A stretch of DNA of 64,000 nt. Origin: Silvibacterium sp. (lineage in GTDB: Bacteria; Acidobacteriota; Terriglobia; Terriglobales; Acidobacteriaceae). Within the stretch, counting starts at the first letter, position 1; every line of letters starts with the position of its first letter. Position numbers and translations under genes: made by a program. The notes under the pieces were generated by a model. That model was not told the origin of the DNA and did not search any database. It saw nothing but the letters and a program-made list of their open reading frames with translations. Of the stretch, positions 9,111 to 19,454 are shown piece by piece. The stretch is taken from positions 5,031 to 69,030 of the forward strand of contig JBARHV010000127.1 in NCBI GenBank assembly GCA_049799415.1, read 5' to 3'.

Positions 9111-9450
9111 CGTGTTTTGCACTCCCGCAAATCGCAGCCACAAATCAGGCAGCAAAGGCAGCAGAATCATATATTTGAATGAAACTCCAAGCAGAATCAA
9201 TGATTTAAGATTAAGCCAAACAGAAACCGGGCGGAATCAATGATTTGTTCAGAAATCCCAAAAAATCAAATACATAAGCAAAACGTCATTTCGCAAAACT
9301 CAATAAAATCAATGATGTACAAAATGCCTGCATAAAAAAATTTGCAGCTTTTCCAGCGATATCGGAGCGCAGAACCGAAGCTTCGGTAAATGCGAAGATG
9401 CTTTAAGGTTGGCCGTAGGGCATCATGGGTATGTCGCAGAAGGGAATTGC

Positions 9451-10470
9451 GTGAAGAAAATTGGCGTGCTGTTCGGCCTGGAGAACACCTTTCCCGGAGC
9501 GCTGGTCGAACGCATCAACTCGAAAAATGTTGATGGAATCGTCGCGGAATTTGTCCAGACCGGCAGCGTGGCGCTGACCAAGCCGCCCGCCTATGCGGTA
9601 ATCGTGGACCGCATCTCACACGACATTCCGTTTTATCGCGCGTATCTAAAGCACGCCGCGCTCTGGGGCTCGGCGATCATCAACAATCCCTTCTGGTGGT
9701 CGGCGGACGACAAATTTTTCAACTACTCGCTGGCTGCAAAGCTCGGTGTCGCCGTTCCGCCTACGGTCATGCTGCCCCACAAGCAATTGCCCAACGGAGC
9801 CACCGACCGCACCATGCGCAACCTCGAGTATCCGCTCAACTGGGACGCGGTCTTCGCATACATCGGATTCCCGGCCTTCCTCAAGCCCATCGACGGTGGT
9901 GGATGGCGCGACGTGCATCCCGTGAAGAACCGCGAGGAGTTCTTCCAGGCCTACGACCAGAGCCGCGACCTATGCATGGTGCTGCAGCGGGCCGTCAAAT
10001 TTACCGAATACTTTCGCTGTTTTGTGGTGGGGCGCATGAAGGTCCGCATCATGGCCTACGACCCCCGTCGCCCGTACCATGAGCGCTACCTGCATGAGCC
10101 GCCCACATCCAACCGCAGGCTGTTGAAGCGCGTAAAGGCCGATGCGCTGAAGTTATGCCGCACCTTGGGCTACGACCTGAACACGGTCGAATTCGCGGTT
10201 CAGGACGGTGTTCCATACGCCATTGACTTCATGAATCCCGTGCCAGACGCCGATCTGCAATCGGTCGGTGCGGAGAGTTTCGAATGGATCATCGAGGCGG
10301 TGGCAAACCTCGCGATCAGGAAGGCAAAGACCGCACCGCAGACGCCTGCGCTGCAGGGCGAGGCCTTTCTGAAAGGAAAGGCTAAAGTAAGAGCGAAAGC
10401 CGGACGCGCCGGAAAGTTAACCACTCAAAAAAAATCGTCGCGAACTGAGCCAGTCGAATCTATACGCTGA
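9451..10470 (+). CDS. ATP-grasp (RimK-like) peptide ligase
   Basis: NNPFWWSADDKF, LKPIDGGGWRDV, EFAV...IDFMNP; GTG start. Confidence 0.85.
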   Translation: MKKIGVLFGLENTFPGALVERINSKNVDGIVAEFVQTGSVALTKPPAYAVIVDRISHDIPFYRAYLKHAALWGSAIINNPFWWSADDKFFNYSLAAKLGVAVPPTVMLPHKQLPNGATDRTMRNLEYPLNWDAVFAYIGFPAFLKPIDGGGWRDVHPVKNREEFFQAYDQSRDLCMVLQRAVKFTEYFRCFVVGRMKVRIMAYDPRRPYHERYLHEPPTSNRRLLKRVKADALKLCRTLGYDLNTVEFAVQDGVPYAIDFMNPVPDADLQSVGAESFEWIIEAVANLAIRKAKTAPQTPALQGEAFLKGKAKVRAKAGRAGKLTTQKKSSRTEPVESIR

Positions 10471-10495
10471 ATCCCGAACCTTGTACCCTGCACAC

Positions 10496-11602
10496 ATGCG
10501 TCCCTCGTTTACGATCGGCATTGAAGAGGAATACCAGACCGTCGACCCGGTAACCCGCGATCTGCGTTCGCACATCGCAACCGGAATGCTCGCCGATGCC
10601 CGGCTTCGCCTGCAGGATCGCGTTAAGGCGGAACTGCACCAGTCAGCCGTCGAAGCCGACACGCGTATCTGCAAAAATATTCAGGAAGCGCGCGAAGATC
10701 TTTGCGACCTGCGCCGTCAGATGGTTCAGCTGGCACGCGAGCACGGTCTGCTGCTGGTGGCCGGAGCCACGCATCCTTTTGCGGACTGGACAACCCAGGA
10801 GATTTATCCCGACCCGCGCTACGCCAAGGTTCTCGAAGACCTGCAGTTGGTCGCGCGCGCCAATCTCATCTTCGGTCTGCATGTGCACATCGGCGTCGAG
10901 GACCGCGAGGCGGCCATTCGCATCATGAACGCGATGCGCTATTTTTTGCCGCATATCCTGGCGCTTTCCACCAACTCGCCGTTCTGGCGCGGCATGAACA
11001 CAGGGTTCAAGAGCTATCGCGCCAAGGTATTTGAGAAGGTTCCACGGACGGGGATCCCTGACAGCTTTGCCAGCTATGCGCAGTTCGATGGCTTTGTTCA
11101 GCTGCTGACGAAGACCAACTGCCTCGACAACGCGCGGAAGATCTGGTGGGACATCCGCCCCCATCCCTTCTTCAACACCGTCGAGGTGCGTATTTGCGAC
11201 ATCCCGCTGTGCGCCGAAGAGACGCTTGCCATCGCCGCGCTCATTCAGGCCACGGCATTGCAGATGTACCTTCTCCATGAGCGCAACCAGGACTGGCGGC
11301 AGTACTCACGGGCCTTGATTATGGAGAACAAATGGCGCGCCGTGCGCTATGGGCTCGACGGCAAGCTCATCGATTTCGGCAAGCAGGCCGAGGTGGACGA
11401 ACGCAAGCTGATTCTGGAATACCTTGCATTCGTCGATGAGGCGGTGAACGAGCTGGGCAGCCGCGAAGAGATCAAGACGATCCACAAGATTCTTGAAACA
11501 GGGACGGGCGCGGATCGCCAGCTCAGGAAATTTGCAGAGACCAATGATTTGAAAGCCGTGGTCGATTGCATGGCAGAAGAGACCGCTGCCGGCCTCTTCT
11601 GA
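10496..11602 (+). CDS. Carboxylate-amine ligase, glutamate-cysteine ligase family 2 (YbdK-like)
   Basis: FTIGIEEEYQ, GLHVHIG, NSPFW, WWDIRP, VEVRICD. Confidence 0.92.
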   Translation: MRPSFTIGIEEEYQTVDPVTRDLRSHIATGMLADARLRLQDRVKAELHQSAVEADTRICKNIQEAREDLCDLRRQMVQLAREHGLLLVAGATHPFADWTTQEIYPDPRYAKVLEDLQLVARANLIFGLHVHIGVEDREAAIRIMNAMRYFLPHILALSTNSPFWRGMNTGFKSYRAKVFEKVPRTGIPDSFASYAQFDGFVQLLTKTNCLDNARKIWWDIRPHPFFNTVEVRICDIPLCAEETLAIAALIQATALQMYLLHERNQDWRQYSRALIMENKWRAVRYGLDGKLIDFGKQAEVDERKLILEYLAFVDEAVNELGSREEIKTIHKILETGTGADRQLRKFAETNDLKAVVDCMAEETAAGLF

Positions 11603-11612
11603 CCATGGAGGG

Positions 11613-14600
11613 TTAAGCGGTTGCGGCGTTCCCGGTGGTGTGCGGCTTCTTCCGCGAGAACTTGCCCAGCAGCGTTTGCAGAATCACATACAGCGCCGGG
11701 ATGAAGAACAGGTTGAGCACGGTTGACACCAGCATGCCGCCGACAATCGTGGTTCCTACCGACCTGCGGCCCAATGCTCCAGCTCCGGTGGCGATGTAGA
11801 GAGGCATCACGCCGAGGATGAACGCAAACGAAGTCATCAGGATGGGGCGGAGGCGGAGTTCAGCCGCCTCGATTGCCGCGTCCACAATGGATTTGCCGCG
11901 TCCACGAATCTGCTCGGCGAACTCGACAATCAAGATGGAGTTCTTCGCAGAAAGGCCGATGAGCATCACCAATCCGATCTGGCAATAGACGTCGTTGGCC
12001 ATGCCGCGCATGGACACCGCGCCCAGAGCGCCGAGAACCGCCATCGGAACCGCGAGCAGAATGATGAAGGGCAGAGCAAAACTCTCATACAGTGCGGAGA
12101 GCGTGAGGTAAACCACCAGAAGCCCCAGCCCGAAGATGAGAACCGCCTTGCCGCCCGACTCGATCTCTTCAAGCGACAGGCCGGTCCAGGAGTACTCCAT
12201 TCCCTGGATCAAGTGCTTCTTCGCGAGGTCCTGCATCGCCGTCAGGCCCACGCTGGAGCTGTAGCCCTGCGCGGCTGATCCATCGATTTCCGCCGACCGG
12301 AACAGGTTGTAGTGATAAATCACCTGCGGCGCGGAAGATTGTTGGATCGTGACCAGGTTGTCAAGCGAAACCATCTGCCCGGAGTCGGAGCGCACGTAGA
12401 ACCTGCGCAGATCGTTGGGCGTCATGCGCGCCGACTGGTCGGCCTGCACATAGACGCGATAGGAGCGGTTGTTGAAGTCAAAGTCATTCACATACTGCGA
12501 CCCCATGAAGACGCCGAGCGTAGCGCTGATCTGGCTCAGTGAAACGCTCATTGCTTTCGCCTTTTCGCGGTCAATCGAGACGAGCAGTTGCGGGTCGTTG
12601 GCCGTATAGGCGGTGTAAAGCCCGGTCAGACGCTTGTCCTGTCTGCTGGCTCCAACGATCTCTTGCGCTACGCGGGCCAGATCGCTGAGCGTATTGCGGC
12701 CTGTGTCCTGCAGCTCAAACTGGAAACCGCCGAACGCGCCAATGCCCTGAATGGCAGGCGGCCCAAACATCGCAACAATGCCTCCTGGTACGCCAAATAG
12801 CTTGGGTCCAAGGTCGTGCAGGATAGCGTCAGCCGAATGTCCCGGGCCCTCCTTCGTGCGTTCATCGATGCTCTTGAGGGGGACAAAAATAAGGCCATAG
12901 TTCGAAGAACTGCCCCCGCTGAGGCTGAACCCCATGACGGCAAATGTGCCGTAAACGTCTTTGTTCTGCCGGATAAGATCGACTGCCCGCTGAGCCACCG
13001 CGCTCGTGTAGCTGAGAGAAGCCCCTGGCGGCGTCTGCACGATGCATAGAAGATAATTCTGGTCCTCGGAGGGTACAAACGCCGTAGGAACGTGCGTGTA
13101 GAGATAGACCGTCGATGCGAGTCCGGCGATGAAGACCAGGAGCACAGCGTAGCGAAAGCGCAGCATACGATGTGTGACCCAGCCATAGACCTGCGTGGTC
13201 TTTTGGATGCTGCGGTCGATCACGCCAAAGAGTCCGTGCTTAACGCCTTCGCCGCGCAGCAGGAGCGCCGCCAGAGCCGGGGAGAGCGTAAGTGCGTTGA
13301 AGGCGGAAATGGCGATGGCGAAGGCGATCGTCAGCGCAAACTGCCGGTAAAGGATGCCCGTCGTTCCCGGGAAGAATGAGACCGGCACAAAGACTGAGAT
13401 CAGCACGAGCGAAGTTGCAACCACGGCGCTGGTGACCTCAGACATGGCAACCGACGTGGCTGTATGCGGGTCGGAGTGCTCAGCGCTGATATGTCGCTGC
13501 ACATTTTCAATGACGACGATGGCGTCATCGACCACAAGCCCGGTAGCCAGCGTGATGCCGAACATGGTGAGCGAATTGATGGAGAAGCCGAATACCTTGA
13601 TGAAAGCAAAGGTGCCGACCAGCGAAACGGGGATGGTAATCGCCGGAATAATGGTTGCGCGCCAGTCGAGCAGGAACAGGAAGATGACAATGATGACGAT
13701 GACGATGGCTTCGCCCAGCGTCTGGACCACGTCACGAATCGAGTCGCCAATGACGGTAGTCGTGTCAAAAGGAATAGCGTAGGTAAGATCGGGTGGGAAG
13801 GTTTTCGAGAGCTGTTCTAATGCGGCTTTGGCCTCGCGGTCCACTTCCAGCGCATTGGCATTGCTCAGCTGCTGCACGCCAATGCCGATAGCTTCCTGAC
13901 CGTCGAAGCGCAGGTCCGTGGAGTAGGTTTCAGCCCCAAGCTCGGCGCGGCCCACATCCTTCAGTTGCACGATTCCACCAGCGGTATTTTTCAGAATGAT
14001 GTTGTCGAACTGTGCCGGATCGGAGAGGCGGCCCACTACGCGAATCGGAATTTGGTATGCCTGTTTCGGGTCCGAGGGAGGCTGTCCAACCTGTCCGGCG
14101 GGAATTTCAACGTTCTGTTCAGCGAGGGCGTTGGTTACATCCGAGGCAGTCAGCCCGCGCGCGGCCAGCTTTGCAGGATCCAGCCAGATGCGCATGGCAT
14201 ATTTGCGCTCGCCGAAGATGAGCACATCGCCGACACCGGGGATGCGCTTGAGCGCGTCCTTTACGTAAACGTCAATATAGTTGCTGATGAACAGATCGGA
14301 GTAGCTTTTGTGAGGCGAGAGGAATGCCGCGGCAAATACAAAGTTCGAGTTGGCCTTGGTAATCGTAATGCCCGTATTGTTCACGGCCTGTGGCAGACGG
14401 CCCTGCGCCGAAGCGACACGGTTTTGCACGTCGACCGCCGCAATATTCAGGTCGTAACCGGTCTGGAAGGTGGTGGTAATGGTGCTGGTGCCGTCATTTG
14501 AGCTGGTCGAGGAGATGTAGCGCATTCCCTCAACACCGTTGATCTGCTCTTCCAGCGGGATGGTCACTGCGGATTCCACCACCTGCGCATTCGCCCCGAT

Positions 14601-14747
14601 GTAGTTGCTGCTGACGGTGACCTGGGGCGGCGCCAGTGTTGGATACAGCGAAATCGGCAACGTGGGGATGACGACCGCGCCCGCAAGCACAATAAGCAGC
14701 GCGCATACTGTTGCGAAAACTGGCCGGTGAATAAAAAAGTCAACCAA
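11613..14747 (-). CDS. RND efflux permease (AcrB/HAE1 family)
   Basis: FFIHRPVFA, GLVVDDAIVVIENV, KNSILIVEFA, RLRPILMTS; 1044 aa. Confidence 0.96.
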   Translation of the reverse strand: MVDFFIHRPVFATVCALLIVLAGAVVIPTLPISLYPTLAPPQVTVSSNYIGANAQVVESAVTIPLEEQINGVEGMRYISSTSSNDGTSTITTTFQTGYDLNIAAVDVQNRVASAQGRLPQAVNNTGITITKANSNFVFAAAFLSPHKSYSDLFISNYIDVYVKDALKRIPGVGDVLIFGERKYAMRIWLDPAKLAARGLTASDVTNALAEQNVEIPAGQVGQPPSDPKQAYQIPIRVVGRLSDPAQFDNIILKNTAGGIVQLKDVGRAELGAETYSTDLRFDGQEAIGIGVQQLSNANALEVDREAKAALEQLSKTFPPDLTYAIPFDTTTVIGDSIRDVVQTLGEAIVIVIIVIFLFLLDWRATIIPAITIPVSLVGTFAFIKVFGFSINSLTMFGITLATGLVVDDAIVVIENVQRHISAEHSDPHTATSVAMSEVTSAVVATSLVLISVFVPVSFFPGTTGILYRQFALTIAFAIAISAFNALTLSPALAALLLRGEGVKHGLFGVIDRSIQKTTQVYGWVTHRMLRFRYAVLLVFIAGLASTVYLYTHVPTAFVPSEDQNYLLCIVQTPPGASLSYTSAVAQRAVDLIRQNKDVYGTFAVMGFSLSGGSSSNYGLIFVPLKSIDERTKEGPGHSADAILHDLGPKLFGVPGGIVAMFGPPAIQGIGAFGGFQFELQDTGRNTLSDLARVAQEIVGASRQDKRLTGLYTAYTANDPQLLVSIDREKAKAMSVSLSQISATLGVFMGSQYVNDFDFNNRSYRVYVQADQSARMTPNDLRRFYVRSDSGQMVSLDNLVTIQQSSAPQVIYHYNLFRSAEIDGSAAQGYSSSVGLTAMQDLAKKHLIQGMEYSWTGLSLEEIESGGKAVLIFGLGLLVVYLTLSALYESFALPFIILLAVPMAVLGALGAVSMRGMANDVYCQIGLVMLIGLSAKNSILIVEFAEQIRGRGKSIVDAAIEAAELRLRPILMTSFAFILGVMPLYIATGAGALGRRSVGTTIVGGMLVSTVLNLFFIPALYVILQTLLGKFSRKKPHTTGNAATA

Positions 14748-14824
14748 GAGAAGCCTGCCTGTCTTTGATCAATCCTGAACGACTATCAATCGTGAATGTG
14801 AAGAGTCATGCTGATTGCGTTGGG

Positions 14825-15913
14825 CTAACCCAGCGGCTGTACCGGCATCTTATCGGCGAGAAACTGCGTTCCGGAGATGATGACCTTGTCGCCGTTATGC
14901 AATCCGTCGAGTATCGCGTAGTTATTCCCAATCGGGTCGCCAAGCTTTACCGCGACCTGATGAGCGAAGGAGTGATCGCCCTGGCTTTGCACGACATACA
15001 CAAACGCCTGCCCGCCCAGCCGGGTAACGGCAAGCACAGGGACGACCGGCGTGGGAACCATACTCCATATAACCCGGGCCTTGACCAGCTGCGCGTTGCG
15101 AACAGTGGCCTGTTCAGAACGCACTGGAGCCTTGACCAGAATGCCCTGTAATCCGTTGTCAACCTGCGGCGAAATAAAATCGATCGTCGTTTTCTCAATA
15201 AGCTGCTCGTTGTTGTCAAGAATCTCGACGGGTAGCCCCATGTGAATTTGCGAAGCGAGTTCGGCCGGGATGTAGATATAGGCTTCAAGGTCGCGATTTT
15301 CATCGACCGTGGTCAGCATCGTGCTAGCGGAGACGTAATCGCCAATGTGAACAGGAATATCCCCAACAATGCCGGCGAATGGAGCGCGGATATCGTAGTA
15401 GCCGAGTTCTTTTTCCTGAGTGTTGAGCAGGGCCCCGGAGGATTCATAGTCGGCTTTGGAGTTGGCGTAGGCCTGCTCCGCCTGGTCCAGGGTGTCGCGA
15501 CTGGTCACGCCGGCGGCAAAGAGCTTGCGCTGACGCTCGACCTCGGTCTGGTTGTATTTGTAGACCGCGAGCTTTTGCTGCATGGTTGCAGCCTGTGACT
15601 GGACAGTCGCTGCCTGCTTGGCCGGATCAATCTGCATCAACATCTGGCCGGCATTTACATGCTCGCCAGAATGGGCCAGGATCGCCGTGAGGTTGCCGTC
15701 CACCTGGGGATTGAGCGTAGCCGAGCGGCGCGATTTGATCGTTGCCACATATTCGTCCGAGCGCGGAACAGGGGAGGACGAAACAGTAATCGTCTGCACC
15801 GGCAGTGCCTGGAATGCAGGGGCTGCCGCGGGAGCCGCTTTGTCACAGGCGGTAAGCGCCAGGCAAAGCAGGAGAGGCACGGACGGGAGGAGTATGCGTA
15901 GTGGTCTCTTCAA
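14825..15913 (-). CDS. RND efflux periplasmic adaptor (membrane fusion protein), lipoprotein
   Basis: LTAC lipobox, IRAPFAGIVG lipoyl-like motif; upstream of the RND permease. Confidence 0.93.
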   Translation of the reverse strand: MKRPLRILLPSVPLLLCLALTACDKAAPAAAPAFQALPVQTITVSSSPVPRSDEYVATIKSRRSATLNPQVDGNLTAILAHSGEHVNAGQMLMQIDPAKQAATVQSQAATMQQKLAVYKYNQTEVERQRKLFAAGVTSRDTLDQAEQAYANSKADYESSGALLNTQEKELGYYDIRAPFAGIVGDIPVHIGDYVSASTMLTTVDENRDLEAYIYIPAELASQIHMGLPVEILDNNEQLIEKTTIDFISPQVDNGLQGILVKAPVRSEQATVRNAQLVKARVIWSMVPTPVVPVLAVTRLGGQAFVYVVQSQGDHSFAHQVAVKLGDPIGNNYAILDGLHNGDKVIISGTQFLADKMPVQPLG

Positions 15914-16266
15914 AAGGAAATCCTCAATAGTTCACTCCGGTCGTTGCCGGGTTCAAAATTGCCGCCGAAGAAGGTTTTTCGGCGACAGCGATGAAATATG
16001 GATTCAATTCGAGCAGGAACGCTTCACGAATTCTTCGCTTATATGGAAATTTTAGGTTGGGCGAGACATTTCTGCCGCCCCAAGGTACGAAAAAGCGGGC
16101 CATTCAGTTCCCGGCATATATAGAGGTTACTGCCCAACGATCGTGTGCAGGCGCAATAGAACAAACCTGCGAAGAGGCCGGGAATTTTTGACACTGGAGC
16201 CTGCAATTGATAGATTCAGAGTGACCCCTCTCGCCGGAATTGTGTGCATCTCCACGCCGGCTTAGC

Positions 16267-16344
16267 GTCCCCGTCGTCTAGCCCGGCCCAGGACACCGCC
16301 CTTTCACGGCGATAACACGGGTTCAAATCCCGTCGGGGACGCCA
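16267..16344 (+). tRNA. tRNA-Glu (TTC)
   Basis: Acceptor stem GTCCCCG/CGGGGAC, anticodon loop CTTTCAC, T-loop GGTTCAAATCC, encoded CCA end. Confidence 0.96.
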
Positions 16345-16405
16345 AATAAAATCAAGCACTTAGCGCGAAGCCCTTAAAATCGCCGGGGACCTTTTTGGGG
16401 ACCAC

Positions 16406-17674
16406 TTAAGCCCCCTTTTCAACCATCTCGGGGCGAAATTCCGGACGCACCATCTGCACGACTTTATGCTGCGCCGCCCGTTTTGCGGGCATCTGCGCCT
16501 GTGCGTAGATGTCCAGAGTGATGCGAGACGAACTGTGACGCAGGAGTTCCTGCACCACCTTGACATCTTCTCCATTCGCATGAAGAAGTGTTGTGTAGGT
16601 GCGCCGGAACGTGTGCCACGCAACCCGCTTGTTGATGCCGAGCCGCTTCACCACCGGCTGGATGTGATAACGCATAATGCTCGACAACCATAACGGTTGT
16701 TTGCCGCGCTTCTTCCCAGCGCGTGCGCTGTTGGAAGCAAAGACCCAATCGCTCGGCTGACGGTAGGGCGTGAGCCGATACCAAGCCAGCAGAGCCTGCG
16801 CCGTGTATTCGTCGAGCGGCACCGGTTTCTGCGAAGCCTCTGTCTTGCACCGACCAACCACCTGACTCACCACCGACTTGTTGACATCGATCTGCAGGTT
16901 CTCGAAATCGATATCCTCCCACTTGAGACCGGCTAGTTCGCCGCGCCGCAGCCCGGTCACCATATCCAGAAACAGCAGGACACTCTCCCTCAATTGCAAC
17001 TCGGCAACGATAGCCTGCATTTCAGAGACTTCGAGGATATCCGGGATGCTCTGCCGTTTGGAACTCTGGCGAACCCCGGAGCCTTTGGTCGGTCCTGTAA
17101 TCGGGTTTCGATCCGTGAACTCCCACCGAATCGCGTGGTTGAAAAGCACACTCATCAGATTGCGGATCTTGGACTTCGACCCCGGTGCAAGAGGTTTCAG
17201 TTCCTTTTCCTCTTGCTTCGTAGCCTGCTTCTCCTTCCGCTTGCGCGGTTTCTGCATCAGCTCACCCAGCCATTCCTCGACGAGCGGAGTCTTGATGGCA
17301 GCCAATTCCTCTTTGCCCCATCTCGGCTCAATCCATGCGCTGAGATAACTCGCATAACGGTTCCGCGTAGACCAGGCGCGTCCCTGCTCGCCTTTGTCCG
17401 CCAGTTCCTTCATGCGAAAGTGATCGATGACGTCCTTCATGGTGATTCCGCTGAATAAGCGTACCTGGTTAGAGTTGACGGCCAGCCGCCAGCTTCGCAC
17501 AACCCGTTCTGCTGCGGCCTCCGTTCTGTAGCGGTCAAGCGTTCCGACCTGCCGTCTTCTTCTTACCCGTTTGCCGTCCGGCAACGTTTCCCACCAGCGG
17601 AAATTCCATACCTGTACTCCACTGCCATTGACGGACAAACTTAAACTGCCTGTTTGACTTCGTGCCTTTCTCAA
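16406..17674 (-). CDS. Tyrosine recombinase/integrase
   Basis: GLRRGEL, HTFRR, LLRHS and DIYAQ catalytic motifs; TTG start with GAAAGGAG ribosome-binding site. Confidence 0.95.
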   Translation of the reverse strand: MRKARSQTGSLSLSVNGSGVQVWNFRWWETLPDGKRVRRRRQVGTLDRYRTEAAAERVVRSWRLAVNSNQVRLFSGITMKDVIDHFRMKELADKGEQGRAWSTRNRYASYLSAWIEPRWGKEELAAIKTPLVEEWLGELMQKPRKRKEKQATKQEEKELKPLAPGSKSKIRNLMSVLFNHAIRWEFTDRNPITGPTKGSGVRQSSKRQSIPDILEVSEMQAIVAELQLRESVLLFLDMVTGLRRGELAGLKWEDIDFENLQIDVNKSVVSQVVGRCKTEASQKPVPLDEYTAQALLAWYRLTPYRQPSDWVFASNSARAGKKRGKQPLWLSSIMRYHIQPVVKRLGINKRVAWHTFRRTYTTLLHANGEDVKVVQELLRHSSSRITLDIYAQAQMPAKRAAQHKVVQMVRPEFRPEMVEKGA

Positions 17675-17861
17675 GATTTCCTCCTTTCGCAGAGGCCACG
17701 AAGTGCATCGGTAATTGCACTGTACCTCGAAAATTGGGGAAGTTGAAAGTCTTTTGTGACCGCCGCAGGGGGCCGATCGAGCGCATGAAGTGTGGAGATT
17801 TCGAGCAAAAATACAGTGCGCCGATGGCCATGACAAGGCGTGCAGGATTGCAAAGTTTCGA

Positions 17862-18128
17862 TCACTCTTTCGGGCCTCCTCCTTCTGAATTGTCTCCATG
17901 CTTCTCTCTCAACCACTCTCCCAGTTCCGACAGCAGGAATCGCCAGTGTTTTCTTGCTCCGCCCTGCACAGGATGGCCGGGAAGGGTGCCTGTCCTGGCC
18001 AGCCGTTGAATTGTTACTGGGTGAAGTCCGAGAAATTTTCCCGCTTCAATGGCGTCCACGAATGGCTCTGGGAAGGAAGAAATTGGAATTGGACCGTGCA
18101 CGCTCAACCTCCACACCGGGCCTGTCAA
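17862..18128 (-). CDS. Excisionase-like HTH protein
   Basis: EAGKFLGLHPVTIQRLARTGTLPG...WRF winged-helix pattern; upstream of the integrase; start uncertain. Confidence 0.8.
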   Translation of the reverse strand: MTGPVWRLSVHGPIPISSFPEPFVDAIEAGKFLGLHPVTIQRLARTGTLPGHPVQGGARKHWRFLLSELGEWLREKHGDNSEGGGPKE

Positions 18129-18187
18129 GCGAAAACCGCGATTTCTACCCCGGATGGAGCTACTTTATGGCTGATTTTTGGGCTTTA

Positions 18188-18229
18188 CTGATGACGAAAC
18201 TGGGGTCGCTGTTGCATTTTGGTCATCAG
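18188..18229 (-). promoter_or_regulatory. CTGATGAC-N26-GTCATCAG element upstream of xis/int
   Basis: Perfect 8-bp inverted arms; homologous inverted copy at 19413-19454. Confidence 0.65.
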
Positions 18230-18277
18230 GAAAAGGGGACAGTTTGCCCTGTTCCCTTGTTCTTCCTGCAATTGCCA

Positions 18278-18519
18278 TGCTTGCTCCTGACTCCTGCCCC
18301 TGAATCTCAGCGTATCGCCCGGACACGGCTTCGGGTATTCTCCGCCGCCCTGGCGGACTGCGCGCGCTCTGCTTCGAGCCCTGACGGGTTTCGGCTGTCC
18401 CTAAAGGGCACCCGCCGAAAAAGCGCTTGCTTGCCTGGGGAGGCGGAACCCTCGCTGGCTTCGCCGGATGTGTCCCGGTCGACTTCAGAGACAAGGGGCC
18501 AAAGGAGATTCAAGCAATG
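18278..18519 (+). promoter_or_regulatory. Long imperfect hairpin, candidate ssDNA promoter (Frpo/ssi-like)
   Basis: Nested complementary blocks CTCCT/AGGAG, GCCCCT/AGGGGC, GGACAC/GTGTCC, TCCGCC/GGCGGA, TTTCGGC/GCCGAAA. Confidence 0.55.
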
Positions 18520-19278
18520 ACAACCGCAGTTCAAACACGGCAAAGCAGCTACGCCAACACAATCCTTCACGGCGACTGCATCGAGGTGATGCGGCAGATA
18601 CCTGCAGAGAGTGTGGATTTCATTCTCACTGACCCGCCGTATCTCGTGAACTACCGCGACCGCACCGGTCGCACGATCCGGAACGATAAGAATAGCGATT
18701 GGCTCAAACCCGCGATGAAAGAAGCCTACCGGGTACTGAAGCAGGATCGACTCGCAGCAATGTTCTATGGGTGGAGCGCAGTCGATAAGTTCTTTGCGGC
18801 ATGGCGCGAAGCGGGATTTTATCCGGTCGGGCATGTGGTCTTTCGCAAGAACTACGCTTCAAAGTCCAGGCTGGTTCGCTATCAGCACGAGCAGGCATAC
18901 CTGCTGGCAAAGGGCAGACCACCGCTGCCGAAAAACCCCATCGCAGACGTGATCGATGTGGATTACAGCGGCAACAAACTGCACCCAACCCAGAAACCCA
19001 TCTCGGCGCTGGTGCCACTGATTCGGAGTTTCTCGCTGGCTGGCGAGGTTGTGCTGGACGCATTCTGCGGCAGTGGTTCTACCTGCGCGGCAGCACTGCT
19101 GACGGGCCGCAGATATATCGGGATCGAGTTGGACGAAACACATTGCTGGCAGGCCCGCGCAAGGGCTGTGCGTGTTCGGGAGAGAGTCGCCGCAAGGCGG
19201 CTCTCCTCTTCCGGCATTCCAGCCAATGAAGGATGGTATCCGCGTGTCCCGTCTGCCTCAAGGCGAACCCTCATCTGA
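18517..19278 (+). CDS. Orphan DNA amino-methyltransferase (N6A/N4C, beta class)
   Basis: DPPY precedes HPTQKP and DAFCGSGST; no neighbouring restriction enzyme. Confidence 0.92.
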   Translation: MTTAVQTRQSSYANTILHGDCIEVMRQIPAESVDFILTDPPYLVNYRDRTGRTIRNDKNSDWLKPAMKEAYRVLKQDRLAAMFYGWSAVDKFFAAWREAGFYPVGHVVFRKNYASKSRLVRYQHEQAYLLAKGRPPLPKNPIADVIDVDYSGNKLHPTQKPISALVPLIRSFSLAGEVVLDAFCGSGSTCAAALLTGRRYIGIELDETHCWQARARAVRVRERVAARRLSSSGIPANEGWYPRVPSASRRTLI

Positions 19279-19412
19279 AACGTAGTTGTCCTGCCTTGAC
19301 CCAGGCCGCGCCCTCGGTCTCTTTGCCTCACATCGCCGGAATGATATGCTCTGCGCTCTCCCGCGCCTATGCCCTCTCTGTTCCCAAAGCGCCACAAAGG
19401 TGTGTCTTTTCG

Positions 19413-19454
19413 CTGATGACGAAAACACATCACGGACCCCATTTCAGTCATCAG
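19413..19454 (+). promoter_or_regulatory. CTGATGAC-N26-GTCATCAG element upstream of the T4SS operon
   Basis: Inverted homologue of 18188-18229, followed 20 nt later by a -10-like TACTTT. Confidence 0.65.

Noticed and set aside
16267..16344. C:A mismatch at the top of the tRNA-Glu anticodon stem as a sign of pseudogenisation
   Set aside because: The rest of the cloverleaf and the CCA end are intact, and a single mismatch at this position is tolerated.
17675..17899. Long N-terminal extension of the integrase ORF
   Set aside because: A TTG with a strong ribosome-binding site at 17674 gives a typical integrase length, and the extension overlaps the xis gene.
18517..19278. Restriction-modification system
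   Set aside because: No endonuclease gene is adjacent; the context fits an orphan protective methylase.
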